IMG/VR virus record: IMGVR_UViG_3300031215_000009
Location: 17,442 to 81,441 of that record
Length of the DNA: 64,000 nt
Direction: 5' to 3' (one strand)
From: a virus
A program made the translations under genes and the position numbers. The notes below the pieces were generated by a model. That model made no database searches. It was not told the origin of the DNA and worked only from the letters and a program-made list of their open reading frames with translations. Shown piece by piece: positions 37,512 through 48,344 of this stretch (positions are counted from its first letter, which is position 1; each line of letters begins with the position of its first letter).

Positions 37512-39170
37512 ATGAACAAACATCAATTATTAGAAAGTTGGACACCAACTATCGAACAAACAATTGGTAAAGATGTAGATGCTACTAAAAAACATTTAGT
37601 TGCAACAATCTGTCAATTACAAGAAACCTATGAATCCAAACTACAAGGTATGGGTGGATTAATGGAAAACAATGCTTACGCAACTTTAGGTTCTGTAAAC
37701 GGTATGGGTGCAGTACAATTACCTACAACAAATGGAAACGGTTGGTCAACTGGAGCAGCAGGTTCTGGAGATGTTCCTTATTCTCTATTACCATTAGCTA
37801 TTCAAGTTGCAGCACAAACTATTGGATTGGAATTAGTTCCTACTATCCCAATGAACTCTCCAGTTGGAATGTTATCTTACATGGATTTCGTTTATTCTGG
37901 TGGTAAAAATGGTTATGCACCATTGAATGATTTATATGCAAAAGGAACAAGTGGATTCGGTGCAAACTCACCTATCTATATTAAAGTACCTTTGGATGAT
38001 TACACATTAGCTGTTAAAGGAGCAACTGCAACTTTAGATACTACTGCTGTAACTGTATTAGGTCAATCAAGAATTGATGGTTACGCTATCTTAAAATTAC
38101 CAAGAGAATTAGGTGCTGCAGTTTCTGTTGCTACTTTAGTTCCAGCGGCAACTCCAGGAACTAATGCATTGACATTTGCTGGTGGTACTGCAGGTATTAC
38201 TGCAAAAGCAGAATTAGTAAAAGCGTTAGAAGATCACATTATTGATTTCTCTACAAACCAAGGTGCTGACACATTCAACCAAGTTGATAAAATGTCAAGA
38301 TTACAAGGTGAAACTACACCAGCAAACGTTGGAAACCTACAATTATTCTCTAAAGCAATCGAGGCTAAGACTGTACAAGCAGCAGCAGCGGTAACAAGAG
38401 AGCAATTAATGGACTTGAAACAATTCGGTATTGATGCGGTTGCACAAGCAAACCAATTCTTAGCGAATGAAATGACGCAAGTTATTAACAAGGACATTTT
38501 AGGTGAAATCTTTGAGTTAGGATTAACTAACCACAAGAACATCGAAACTGTTTCTGGAAAAAACTATCACTTAGTTTTAGACCAAAACAACACTGCTAAT
38601 TCTATTGCAACTTTGGCAGCAGCAAATCCTTTCTGGGGATATTTCACAGGAATGGGAAGTGTAACATCAGTAGATGCTGCAAACTTAGGTGCTGAGAACT
38701 TAGCAACAAGACAAAGAAGATTAATGTCAAGAATGTTAGCTTCAAGTAACATCATTTCTGTAAGAGGAAGAAGAGGACCAGCAACTTTCGCTGTATGTTC
38801 TGGAGGTGTTGCAAGTGGATTCCAAGATTGTGCAGGTTTCGTACCTTACCCAATCGCTAACACTATTAACCAAGTTCCTGGTGCTTTATATCCAATCGGA
38901 ACATTGGCAGGAGTAGCAGTATACGTTGACCCTAACATGACTTGGGAAGATGGTAGAATTGCATTAGGAAGAAAAGGAGACGGTAACACACCAGGTCTTG
39001 TATTCATGCCTTACGTAATGGCTGATACTGTTGAAACAATCGCAGAAGGAACAATGGCTCCTAAACTTCAAATGAAGTCTAGATATGCATTGGTTCACGC
39101 TGGACATCACCCTGAAACTATGTACTTGACTATCGGTACAGAGAACATTGTTGATAACGGTTGGGCATAA
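37512..39170 (+). CDS. gp23: major capsid protein
   Basis: VPTIPMNSPVG, DLKQFGIDA, EMTQVINKDIL, RGRRG, GTLAG..VYVDP, FMPY, KSRY. Confidence 0.93.
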   Translation: MNKHQLLESWTPTIEQTIGKDVDATKKHLVATICQLQETYESKLQGMGGLMENNAYATLGSVNGMGAVQLPTTNGNGWSTGAAGSGDVPYSLLPLAIQVAAQTIGLELVPTIPMNSPVGMLSYMDFVYSGGKNGYAPLNDLYAKGTSGFGANSPIYIKVPLDDYTLAVKGATATLDTTAVTVLGQSRIDGYAILKLPRELGAAVSVATLVPAATPGTNALTFAGGTAGITAKAELVKALEDHIIDFSTNQGADTFNQVDKMSRLQGETTPANVGNLQLFSKAIEAKTVQAAAAVTREQLMDLKQFGIDAVAQANQFLANEMTQVINKDILGEIFELGLTNHKNIETVSGKNYHLVLDQNNTANSIATLAAANPFWGYFTGMGSVTSVDAANLGAENLATRQRRLMSRMLASSNIISVRGRRGPATFAVCSGGVASGFQDCAGFVPYPIANTINQVPGALYPIGTLAGVAVYVDPNMTWEDGRIALGRKGDGNTPGLVFMPYVMADTVETIAEGTMAPKLQMKSRYALVHAGHHPETMYLTIGTENIVDNGWA

Positions 39171-39190
39171 TAACTTAAACACAATAAACC

Positions 39191-39224
39191 AAAAGGGTAA
39201 CATTTATTTGTTACCCTTTTTTTT
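39191..39224 (+). terminator. intrinsic terminator after capsid gene
   Basis: AAAAGGGTAACA/TGTTACCCTTTT + T tract. Confidence 0.88.
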
Positions 39225-39254
39225 GATTAAATAACTAAAATACCAACTTAAAAT

Positions 39255-40316
39255 ATGATTAAGAATTTAAACGATTATAGTCAATATATTTCAAATAAAG
39301 AAAACCTTTCTTTAACAGAAGAAGATTTAGGATTTTTAAAATCTTATATGGACACACAAGAAAAACTAAAAGCATTTTTAGCAACATATATGTATATTTT
39401 ATCTCCCGGAACTGGAGATGGTATAATGGAATCAAATAGGTTAGAATCTATTGATATTAAAAAAGTATTAGAAGATAATAATGAACTTAATGAAAATGTT
39501 CTTGGTAATGTTATGGCATTCTTAAAAGGAAAAACTGGAATTAGCAAATATTATAAAGGATTGGATTCAGCAGCGAAAAACTATATTAAAGCATCTAAAC
39601 AAATTGATAAATTGGATTTAGATAAAAGAACAGATTCAAGAGAAAAAGCATTAGATGTTTATACAAAACAAGTTAAGTCATTAGATTCTATTAAAAGTGA
39701 TGTTGATAAACTTAAAAAAGATTCTAAGATATTAACTAAATATGACCAATTTGCATTAAACAAATATAAAATTAATTTATTTTTATCAGGAAAGAAATCT
39801 GGAGTTAGTTTAGCAAAACTGAAAGGTTATGAAGATAAAATTGATAAAATCAAAGCAGACCAAGTAAAGTATGCTCAAGAAATTAAAGATAACGAACAAA
39901 AAACCAAAAAAGAACAAGAAAAGGCAAAAGAAAAGGTGGCAGAAGAGGGTGATAAGAAAGATGATAAAGATGAAAAGACAGAAGTAGAAAAAACACAATC
40001 TGAAACTGCTAAAATCAAGGCTGATGTTGATAAAGAAAACCCAAATCAAGACACTAAAGATGTTAAGAATGAAAAGATTCAAAAACAATTAGATGATTTA
40101 AAAGCAAAAAAGAATAGAATCAAAATAGAATCTATTAAAAAACCAAAGAAAGGTAAAGATTACGAAAAAGAAATTGATGACCTTTCTAATAAAGTAGCAA
40201 ATCTTGAAAAGAAACTTAAAGAAAATTCTACACTATCATTATCATTCTTTTATGAACTGAGTAATATTAACGAAAAACTTACATGCTTAGAAAACTCAAT
40301 CGGAGAAAATCTGTAA
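39255..40316 (+). CDS. putative internal head protein, coiled coil
   Basis: late promoter, LNE motifs, K/E-rich. Confidence 0.6.
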   Translation: MIKNLNDYSQYISNKENLSLTEEDLGFLKSYMDTQEKLKAFLATYMYILSPGTGDGIMESNRLESIDIKKVLEDNNELNENVLGNVMAFLKGKTGISKYYKGLDSAAKNYIKASKQIDKLDLDKRTDSREKALDVYTKQVKSLDSIKSDVDKLKKDSKILTKYDQFALNKYKINLFLSGKKSGVSLAKLKGYEDKIDKIKADQVKYAQEIKDNEQKTKKEQEKAKEKVAEEGDKKDDKDEKTEVEKTQSETAKIKADVDKENPNQDTKDVKNEKIQKQLDDLKAKKNRIKIESIKKPKKGKDYEKEIDDLSNKVANLEKKLKENSTLSLSFFYELSNINEKLTCLENSIGENL

Positions 40317-40924
40317 GAAAAAACTTTCATACAGATATAATATATCAAAGATTATTATTAGATAAAGCAAATCAACAAGAAAAACGCGTGTTTACCTCCA
40401 ACAAGGTAGCACGTAATTTCTTTGATGATGATTTATTTTGTAATATGTTGATCCAAAAGGATAAGTTTATAATGAATAAACTTACAGGAACATTAGCAAA
40501 AAGATTATTTCCATTTTATCCAAGTTATATTCCATTAGTAGATTCAAATATTATTCTATCTAAAGATGAATATTATTGGACTGCAAACACTATACATTAT
40601 CCATGTTTAAGATGTGGTGAAAATACAACATCATTTTTAGGTGATTTTGGATTAAAGAATGTATTGTGTGGTACTTGCATTGAAGATAATTACATTAACA
40701 AGAAAGGAATATTTGATAAAAGACTACACGACCACGAATATTCAAAATTTCATCAAAATTTCTACGTAATTAACAAAGAACATCAAAGTATGATATTCAG
40801 TAAGTTGATTAAACGAGAGAAATCTTTTTATTCTAATGACAAATCTATAAGAAAAGGATTGAAACGTAGTTATACTGAAAAATTAAAGAGCATTGAAAAG
40901 GTTTTTAATTCTTTGACAAATTGA
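40283..40924 (+). CDS. hypothetical protein with CxxC..CxxC (start uncertain)
   Basis: CLRC...CGTC. Confidence 0.5.
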   Translation: MLRKLNRRKSVRKNFHTDIIYQRLLLDKANQQEKRVFTSNKVARNFFDDDLFCNMLIQKDKFIMNKLTGTLAKRLFPFYPSYIPLVDSNIILSKDEYYWTANTIHYPCLRCGENTTSFLGDFGLKNVLCGTCIEDNYINKKGIFDKRLHDHEYSKFHQNFYVINKEHQSMIFSKLIKREKSFYSNDKSIRKGLKRSYTEKLKSIEKVFNSLTN

Positions 40925-41573
40925 TTTTAAGTAAATACGGTATAATTACACCTTTACTATTCAATGCAATAGAAGTTTTAACTTCTAGAAGGTTATTTTC
41001 TTCATCTTCAACAAACTTAGTTGTACTACGAAACGAACCTAAGAAATCAATTTTACCTTTTTTAGATACAGTATAGTGTTCTATAATATCACAATTACAC
41101 ATTTCAATGTATATGTGTATATTTTTTCTACGGTCACGTATTTCTTTACGAACAATTGAAATGTTATTCTTCAAAAATGTTATTGCTAAACTTAATTCTA
41201 AAAATTTTTGTTTAAGTTTTTTTACACTTCTTTTTGCAATCTCATCAATTTCTTTAAATTCTAACTCAGCACTTGGTAATTCATAGATGTAATTGAAAAG
41301 TTCTTCACTTTCTTTATCTTTGTTTACAATTTCATACGTTGATACAAAAGATTCTAAATCCTTGTATCGTTTTTCTAAAGTTTCAAATTCTTTAAACAAA
41401 TAACCTTTTTTAATATTATCATCAACTCTTTGTAAATATGCAAGTAATTTCCAATGTTTGTGTTCTATATCTATTGGTTTTTGGACAAACCACGTATTAG
41501 GAAATTCATTTACAATATAATTTTTATCTGTAAATGAAACTTTTTCTGTATCTATAAAATATTCTGTATTCAT
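40905..41573 (-). CDS. hypothetical protein
   Basis: 222-aa ORF; WFVQKPIDIEHKHWKLLAYLQ. Confidence 0.65.
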   Translation of the reverse strand: MNTEYFIDTEKVSFTDKNYIVNEFPNTWFVQKPIDIEHKHWKLLAYLQRVDDNIKKGYLFKEFETLEKRYKDLESFVSTYEIVNKDKESEELFNYIYELPSAELEFKEIDEIAKRSVKKLKQKFLELSLAITFLKNNISIVRKEIRDRRKNIHIYIEMCNCDIIEHYTVSKKGKIDFLGSFRSTTKFVEDEENNLLEVKTSIALNSKGVIIPYLLKINLSKN

Positions 41574-41617
41574 ATTGTCTTTAATAAGTGTAATTAACAG
41601 TCTTAATAATATTTACT

Positions 41618-42571
41618 ATGAGTTTAAAAAATAACATTTGGGTCGAAAAATATAGACCACAAACACTTGATGATTTAATTATCCCAGAAAGAGTATATAA
41701 CAAGTTCCAAGGTGGAAAGTTAAACAACCACGTATTACTTTATGGAAGTCCCGGATTAGGGAAAACGAGTTTAGGGAAGATTATCGCAAAAGATATGGTT
41801 TCTTTAGAAATCAACTGTTCACTTGATACAAGTGTTGACAATGTTAGGACTAAAATTACTGAATTCTGTTCAAATATTTCTATTTTAAATGGAAAGAAAG
41901 CACAAAAGGTTGTGTTATTAGATGAGTTTGATGGAGTATCTGATGCTTATTTAAAAGCAATGAGGGGGGTTATTGAAAAATTTGCAGCAACTACAAGGTT
42001 TATTGCAACGTGTAACTACATTCAAAAGATTCCTGATAATGTTCAATCCAGATTTGATTGTATTAACTTTGATTTTCCTAAAGAAGAAGAAAGAGATTTG
42101 ATGAAGAAATACTTAATGAGATTTCATCATATTTGTAAAGCAGAGGGAATGACAGTTGATCCAAAAGTTATGGGACAAATTGTAAAAAAACATTTTCCAG
42201 ATTTACGTTCTACTATTACTTTTTTACAAGGTATGTTCGAAGAAGGTAAAACAGAGATTACTTTAGAAGATTTAAACTCATTTGCTGGTGAAAATAAACA
42301 ATTGTTTGACCATTTAATGGATAAACAATTGGATTTCATTGAATTATATTCGTATGCTTATAAAAACTATGTGAATAATGAAGACAATGTACTTAGTTCA
42401 TTAGGAAAAGAATTTGTCGAATACTTAATTAAGAATGATACATCTTCAAATAAAATAGGTAACGTAATTGTAGAGGTTGCCGACTACACTTACAAATCAC
42501 AATTCGTGATTGATAAATTTGTTACATTATCGGCTTGTTTACAAAAAATCAAATTAATATTAAATGCGTAA
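41618..42571 (+). CDS. gp44: clamp loader large subunit
   Basis: WVEKYRP, GSPGLGKT, LDEFD, TCNY, SRF. Confidence 0.95.
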   Translation: MSLKNNIWVEKYRPQTLDDLIIPERVYNKFQGGKLNNHVLLYGSPGLGKTSLGKIIAKDMVSLEINCSLDTSVDNVRTKITEFCSNISILNGKKAQKVVLLDEFDGVSDAYLKAMRGVIEKFAATTRFIATCNYIQKIPDNVQSRFDCINFDFPKEEERDLMKKYLMRFHHICKAEGMTVDPKVMGQIVKKHFPDLRSTITFLQGMFEEGKTEITLEDLNSFAGENKQLFDHLMDKQLDFIELYSYAYKNYVNNEDNVLSSLGKEFVEYLIKNDTSSNKIGNVIVEVADYTYKSQFVIDKFVTLSACLQKIKLILNA

Positions 42572-43754
42572 ATTTACATTAATCATTGATGGTAATTACT
42601 TATTGTATTCAACTTTAAGTGTTCTTCAATTGTTTTCACCAAAGAATCAAATGTTCTTAAAGACAAATGATGAAGAAATTCTAAGAAAAGATACTAATTT
42701 CTTGCTGGAAAAACTGGCACAGGTATATGCTAAGGATATTAGAAGTATGAGTCCAATTTTGGAAGATGTTATCATTACGATTGATGATGCTCATTCTTGG
42801 AGAAAAGATTTATGTCTTACTAAGAATTACAAAGGAATCGAAAAGGAATTACTTTATAAAGGTAATAGAAAAAAAGATGATAGTTTAGATTTTACAGCTA
42901 TCTTTAATGTTTTTGATTCTTTTGTAAAGGGTATTGCTATTAGTTCTGGTACTAAATTCAAATCCATTACAGGTTGTGAGGGAGATGATTTAATTTTTGT
43001 TCATTCAAGTTATTTGAATAGTCAAGGAAAAAGTACTATCATTTATTCCGGGGATGGTGATTTAAAACAATGTGTAGGGTTTGATAAATCTAAAAACACA
43101 TTTACAATTCAATATCAAAAGCAAAATAAGAAACTTTGGATTGACAGAGAGACTGCATTATACATTAAAGAACATCAAAAAGAATATTTTGTTGATTGCT
43201 TACGTTCTGTTATTGCAAATACTTCTTCAAAGTTAGCAGTAGTTGATCCATTTGAGGTCGTTCTAAGTAAAGTTATCGGTGGTGATATAAGTGACAACAT
43301 ATTTTCAATTATAAGCGAACAGAGACAGCGTAAGACAGGTAAAAACATAGGAGAGTGGTATGAGACTAGAGTAACACCAACAATTGTTGCAAAGGTAAGT
43401 AAAGAAATTGACATTAACAAATATAATGTAGAAGATTTATTTAGACTAGATTTTCAAAAAAAGTTAGCAAGTTCAACATTAAGAAACTTTAAAACACAAA
43501 ATAGATATACTATTGATGACTTGCAAAATAATGTTGATGTGAATACTACATTAGTATTATTACACAAGGACACTATACCATCTTATTTGTATGCTGATAT
43601 TTTAGATTGGTCTGAAAAGGTTGCAACTAAACCTAAGTGTGAACTTAAAAAACAATTCAATTACAAAGAACTACTAATGTCTATGAAATTATACGATAAA
43701 AAATTACAAGACGATTCAAGTAGTGCATCAATATTTAAAGAATTAGGATTATAA
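42564..43754 (+). CDS. rnh: RNase H / 5'-3' flap exonuclease
   Basis: IIDGN, SWRK, YKGNR, EGDD, SGDGD, GGDISDNI. Confidence 0.9.
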   Translation: MRKFTLIIDGNYLLYSTLSVLQLFSPKNQMFLKTNDEEILRKDTNFLLEKLAQVYAKDIRSMSPILEDVIITIDDAHSWRKDLCLTKNYKGIEKELLYKGNRKKDDSLDFTAIFNVFDSFVKGIAISSGTKFKSITGCEGDDLIFVHSSYLNSQGKSTIIYSGDGDLKQCVGFDKSKNTFTIQYQKQNKKLWIDRETALYIKEHQKEYFVDCLRSVIANTSSKLAVVDPFEVVLSKVIGGDISDNIFSIISEQRQRKTGKNIGEWYETRVTPTIVAKVSKEIDINKYNVEDLFRLDFQKKLASSTLRNFKTQNRYTIDDLQNNVDVNTTLVLLHKDTIPSYLYADILDWSEKVATKPKCELKKQFNYKELLMSMKLYDKKLQDDSSSASIFKELGL

Positions 43755-43918
43755 TGGAAGAATTAACAAATAAAACAAACCCGAAAATAGACGCTTCTAA
43801 AATAGAAACGTTAGAAGATGATAAGTTAATATTCAAATTGATGAATTTAACTGTTAATAAAGAAAACGTATCAGATAGTGATTATGAATCTTTAAAACAT
43901 TTATTACATGATAATTAA
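43754..43918 (+). CDS. small hypothetical protein (54 aa)
   Basis: TAATG-coupled ORF MEELTNK... filling the gap. Confidence 0.5.
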   Translation: MEELTNKTNPKIDASKIETLEDDKLIFKLMNLTVNKENVSDSDYESLKHLLHDN

Positions 43919-44348
43919 ATCACCATTTGATATTTTAAATCAATTAGGAAAATCTGCATTTGATGATATTTCTAATATGGATAAGAAAAGACACGCATTC
44001 ATTATAAATAGAATGTTATCAAGAGCATTACCAGAAGTTTCATTGAATATGAATCACATGAGAGTTGCTCCAGAAAGTACCGTAGATTTTTGGAATCAAG
44101 CATTTAAAGATATGATGGCATCCCAAAGAGGAAGGAACATGTTAAATCACATTAGAAGTGTATATAGAGTTTCAATGGCAGGTGCTAAGAAAAAAACAAA
44201 GAAAAATATTGACAAAGATTTAGCAAAACAATATATGCAGATCAGTAAAATTGGAAAAAAAGAGTTTAAAGTTTTAGAAGATTATCACGAAAAAGACTTG
44301 GTTACATATTTAAAGAAGTTTTCTAAAATGTTAGAAACTACTAAATAA
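43908..44348 (+). CDS. gp62: clamp loader small subunit (gp62-like)
   Basis: SPFDILN..FIINRMLS..MN pattern; near gp44. Confidence 0.7.
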   Translation: MIIKSPFDILNQLGKSAFDDISNMDKKRHAFIINRMLSRALPEVSLNMNHMRVAPESTVDFWNQAFKDMMASQRGRNMLNHIRSVYRVSMAGAKKKTKKNIDKDLAKQYMQISKIGKKEFKVLEDYHEKDLVTYLKKFSKMLETTK

Positions 44349-44357
44349 ATTTTAAGT

Positions 44358-45149
44358 ATGAAAATAAAAGAAAAGTTTTGGGTTGGGACATTTATTTCCC
44401 TATGGTTATTAGTAAGTACAGTAAGTACATTTCACGCAGTTGAATTTTTTGAATTGTCTAATAATCAATTTTTATCATGGGTATTAGCATTCGCATTTGA
44501 ATTAGGTGCTATGGCATCATTAGGTGGAATGGTAATAGGTAAAGGAAATAAATCTATTATATGGATAATGTTCATTCTTTTAACGGCTTTTCAAATACAT
44601 GGTAATATGTTTTATGCATGGACACACTCAGGTGATTTAACTAATTGGACAAACCTATTTGATTTAGGTGACGAAGATGTTAATTTCACCAAGCGTGTGT
44701 TTTCGTTTATAAGTGGTGGTATTCTACCGTTAATTTCATTAGGGTTCGTTAAATCGTTAATGGATTACTTGAAACCACAAGAAGATGTTATAAGTGAAGG
44801 AATAACTGAGGAAGTAATTGAGGGAATACCTGATGAAAAAAATAATAAACAATCATCATTTACTAAGGAAGAAATAGAGAATAACGAAAAACTGCGACAC
44901 GAAGAAATATCAGAAATTGAATTTGAAGAAGTAAAAGATGATGTAAAAATTGATAATACAACAGGGAAAGTAAACATTTCTGACGAACCTTTAGAAATGA
45001 AAAAGGAATTTTGGTTAGGTCAAACAGATGAATCGCCTATTATTGAAGAAGTAAAAGATAGTGAGTTAAATACTAAGAGTGACCCTATTAACTTAGGTGA
45101 TATTATTGATAAAGCGGAAAATACTGTGAATTCAATAGGTGAAAAATAA
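44358..45149 (+). CDS. membrane protein (about 4 TM + acidic tail)
   Basis: hydrophobic segments in N-half. Confidence 0.7.
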   Translation: MKIKEKFWVGTFISLWLLVSTVSTFHAVEFFELSNNQFLSWVLAFAFELGAMASLGGMVIGKGNKSIIWIMFILLTAFQIHGNMFYAWTHSGDLTNWTNLFDLGDEDVNFTKRVFSFISGGILPLISLGFVKSLMDYLKPQEDVISEGITEEVIEGIPDEKNNKQSSFTKEEIENNEKLRHEEISEIEFEEVKDDVKIDNTTGKVNISDEPLEMKKEFWLGQTDESPIIEEVKDSELNTKSDPINLGDIIDKAENTVNSIGEK

Positions 45150-45159
45150 TTAACAATAA

Positions 45160-46233
45160 ATGTCAAGTACTACTAAATGTGTAATAAGAATAGATGAAAA
45201 TGGACCAAGAGTTGAATCCAACAGTAACGTTATTGCAAGTGATTTAAAATTAACCCTAAAAGATTATATTCCAGAAGTAACCAATTGGACTACGTGGAAT
45301 GGTATATTAAATGAAGGTGAAACGATAAGTATTTCGACACCATATAAATTCATTGCTCTAAGAGCAAGAAATGCTGGTAATAGTGTTGGTAGTACATTAA
45401 ACCCACCAACAGGAGCAATTGATTTAACAAGTGCCTGTTTACCAGCAAATAATTCATTAGCAAGTAATTGTGGGTGTTCTGATGATTCTTCATCTTCAAA
45501 TGAGGTATTACTTGATTTTAAAATGGATCAATATACAACCTATGAATTAGATAACAAAACAATTTATTCAACAAACCCTTATATTTTCGATTGTACAAAT
45601 GGTGCAACCGCTTCTGGTGTAACTGGATGGTCAGGTTGTGTGATTAATAGTACAGACCCTTGTGGTGTTACAGGAGCAACAGGAGCAACAGGTGCAGTTG
45701 GAATCACTGGTGGTATAGGAGGAACTTGTATAATAGGAGCTACAACGGTAGCTGCACCAGCAAAAGGTGTTTATGAATATGCATTTGTTGGATTACTTAA
45801 AGATAATAATTTAGTAATCAAAACAGATGAAGCAGAATGTGACTATAAATGTAAGTTAGATTATTATGCTTATACAAAAACAGACAACGAATATATATTG
45901 TTTATTTGGGATGACACTGCCGGAAAATGGGTAATTGTTAGACTTGATGAAAAAATAAGTGATATTGTAACAAATAAAATATCATTTAATATCATTGAAT
46001 TAATAGAGTGGTCTGAATCAGTATACTCTTATAAAAATAGTAATATAACAATGCCTGGTGTTACAGGAGCAACAGGTACAAATAGTTATGAAGGTTCTGT
46101 AACGGAATTAGATATTGATATGCCAGTCGAATTCAAGTTGAATAGTCTGTTTATAATGGAATCTAAAACCTTTACAGGGATAATTACATCGAGGTTAAAT
46201 AACTTAGATGTTAATATAATGTTAGCAGTTTAA
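45160..46233 (+). CDS. putative structural protein with GxT (GAT/GVT) repeats
   Basis: GVTGATGATGAVG; Cys-rich. Confidence 0.6.
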   Translation: MSSTTKCVIRIDENGPRVESNSNVIASDLKLTLKDYIPEVTNWTTWNGILNEGETISISTPYKFIALRARNAGNSVGSTLNPPTGAIDLTSACLPANNSLASNCGCSDDSSSSNEVLLDFKMDQYTTYELDNKTIYSTNPYIFDCTNGATASGVTGWSGCVINSTDPCGVTGATGATGAVGITGGIGGTCIIGATTVAAPAKGVYEYAFVGLLKDNNLVIKTDEAECDYKCKLDYYAYTKTDNEYILFIWDDTAGKWVIVRLDEKISDIVTNKISFNIIELIEWSESVYSYKNSNITMPGVTGATGTNSYEGSVTELDIDMPVEFKLNSLFIMESKTFTGIITSRLNNLDVNIMLAV

Positions 46234-46251
46234 TTTTAAATTTATATAAAG

Positions 46252-46560
46252 ATGAGTAAAGAAGTGAAAAAAGAAAACACAAATCAAGCAGGTGCAAAAA
46301 CAGTAACACAAAACGTTCCTGAAGGGCCACAACAAGTAACAAATTTCCACCAAGCAATTTCTGTATTGTTACAAGCCGCAGAAATAGGAAGAAAAGCGGC
46401 AATTTATGATTGGGAAGATAGTATTTTAATTGGACAAGCCGTTATTTTATTAACAGATGCTCAACAACAAGCACAAGAACAAGCAGTTGCTCAACAACAA
46501 AAACAGGAAACTCCTGTCCCAGAAACTAAAGAAGTTAATTTAGAACCTATTAAAGACTAA
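46252..46560 (+). CDS. hypothetical protein
   Basis: ORF in operon. Confidence 0.6.
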   Translation: MSKEVKKENTNQAGAKTVTQNVPEGPQQVTNFHQAISVLLQAAEIGRKAAIYDWEDSILIGQAVILLTDAQQQAQEQAVAQQQKQETPVPETKEVNLEPIKD

Positions 46561-46563
46561 TAC

Positions 46564-47790
46564 ATGAAACATAGAATAGTATTAACTATGATAGTAAAGA
46601 ATGAAGAGCACGTAATTGAACGTGCTCTTAACTCTTGCTATAAAATGATTGATTCATATTGTATAGTAGATACAGGTTCAACAGATAAAACCAAAGAAGT
46701 TATTAAAAACTTTTTTGATTCAAAAGGAATCGAAGGTAAAATTGTTGACTTTGAATTTACTAACTATGAAGAATGTAGAAACAAATCAATTGAATTTGGG
46801 AAAGAATTAGGAGAATATGGATTCTGGATGGATGCTGATGAAGAACTAATTTTAGATAAAACATTCAGTAAACAAATTTTCAAAACATTTTTAAAAGGAA
46901 ATAAATTTCCAGATCAATTAGTAATTGATGTACATTATGGTGCATTAAAATACCATAGAGCACAATTCTTTAAGTTTAGTTCAGATTGGTATTGGTATGG
47001 ACCTGTTCACGAAGTTTTAACGAAAAATAAAGAAGGGTCAACTCAAATGCAATTCCCATTTGGTTATCATAAAGTACACCCTGATGGAAATTCTTGGCAA
47101 ACTGATGACTTATCAAAGAAATATCAAGACCACGCAGAAATTCTTTTACAATATCAAAATGATAATGAATGGAAAGATGCTAGATGGACTTTTTATTTAG
47201 CACAATCCTATAAAGATGCTGCAAATATTAGACTATCAACTGATCCAAAAGATGAATTGGGAATTACACTTGTAAAGAAAGCGATTCAATATTTTACAGA
47301 AAGAGTTGCAGATAAAACTGGATTTCATCAAGAAATTTATTATTCTCAATTAATGATAGCGAGACTTCAATATCATTTATCATCTGATGATTTGATTTTG
47401 AATCAATTACTTAAATGTGAAGAACTAAATGCTGATAATAGAGTAGAGCACTTATTTAATATAGCATCATTTTTACAAGCACAAAGTTATCATAAAAGTG
47501 CATTGATGTATCTTAAACTTGGGTTAAAATATATAAAAGAAGGTACAACAAGTGCATTGTTTTTAGAACCTATGTGTTATGAATGGGCATTATATGATAT
47601 GTATGGAGTTTCATTATATTTCACAGGTGATTTAGATGGATCATTAAAATATTTTAAATACACACTTAAAAAAATAAACAATGGAAACGCAACAAATATT
47701 GACATTGAAAGAGTTGAAAATAATGTTAAATCCGCTGAGAATGCAATTCAACAACGAAATCATACCCCTAGACAAAAAATCAGAATCTGA
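46564..47790 (+). CDS. GT2 glycosyltransferase with TPR region
   Basis: LTMIVKNEE, VDTGSTD, WMDADE, GPVHE, FYLAQSY. Confidence 0.9.
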   Translation: MKHRIVLTMIVKNEEHVIERALNSCYKMIDSYCIVDTGSTDKTKEVIKNFFDSKGIEGKIVDFEFTNYEECRNKSIEFGKELGEYGFWMDADEELILDKTFSKQIFKTFLKGNKFPDQLVIDVHYGALKYHRAQFFKFSSDWYWYGPVHEVLTKNKEGSTQMQFPFGYHKVHPDGNSWQTDDLSKKYQDHAEILLQYQNDNEWKDARWTFYLAQSYKDAANIRLSTDPKDELGITLVKKAIQYFTERVADKTGFHQEIYYSQLMIARLQYHLSSDDLILNQLLKCEELNADNRVEHLFNIASFLQAQSYHKSALMYLKLGLKYIKEGTTSALFLEPMCYEWALYDMYGVSLYFTGDLDGSLKYFKYTLKKINNGNATNIDIERVENNVKSAENAIQQRNHTPRQKIRI

Positions 47791-47974
47791 TGATGATATA
47801 CAATTCACTTGGGGTTCAAATGTTTTAATTCTATATCGTAGTCCAAATGGAACTATTTTCAAAAAGAATGGAGATAAAGATGATTTGTGTATAAAGATTA
47901 ACGGATTTAATAAAGATTTACAAAATTTAACAATAGACGACACAGGGGTTTTAATGACTTTTTATAATGGATAA
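47741..47974 (+). CDS. hypothetical protein (start uncertain)
   Basis: ORF overlapping neighbours. Confidence 0.4.
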   Translation: MQFNNEIIPLDKKSESDDDIQFTWGSNVLILYRSPNGTIFKKNGDKDDLCIKINGFNKDLQNLTIDDTGVLMTFYNG

Positions 47975-48317
47975 AAAACAAATAACATATTTCGACACAA
48001 CTAATAAATTGTTACAAAATCTTCAGAATTGTACAAACAAGGACATAGATAATGCATTTACAAAGGAAGCTTTAAAGACATTAATAAATATAATGCAAAC
48101 ACAAAATTCTTTTATTGAATATATTATCAAATTAGAAGATAACATGGAGATAGTTTCTGATGATAAACAAATCATCAAAGGTATGTTGTGTTACATTAGA
48201 GGTCGAAAAAGATTTGGAAAAATTACAGACATTGATGAAGAAAAAGGAATTTATACCCTTAGAATTTTAGATTCTGACGAACAATTAAGAGTGACCAAAA
48301 GTCACTTTAATATATAG
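47967..48317 (+). CDS. hypothetical protein with SH3/KOW-like C-terminus
   Basis: KGMLCYIRG..FGKITDIDEEKGIYTL. Confidence 0.55.
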   Translation: MDKKQITYFDTTNKLLQNLQNCTNKDIDNAFTKEALKTLINIMQTQNSFIEYIIKLEDNMEIVSDDKQIIKGMLCYIRGRKRFGKITDIDEEKGIYTLRILDSDEQLRVTKSHFNI

Positions 48318-48344
48318 ATTAAATAAAATACAAATTATTAAATT

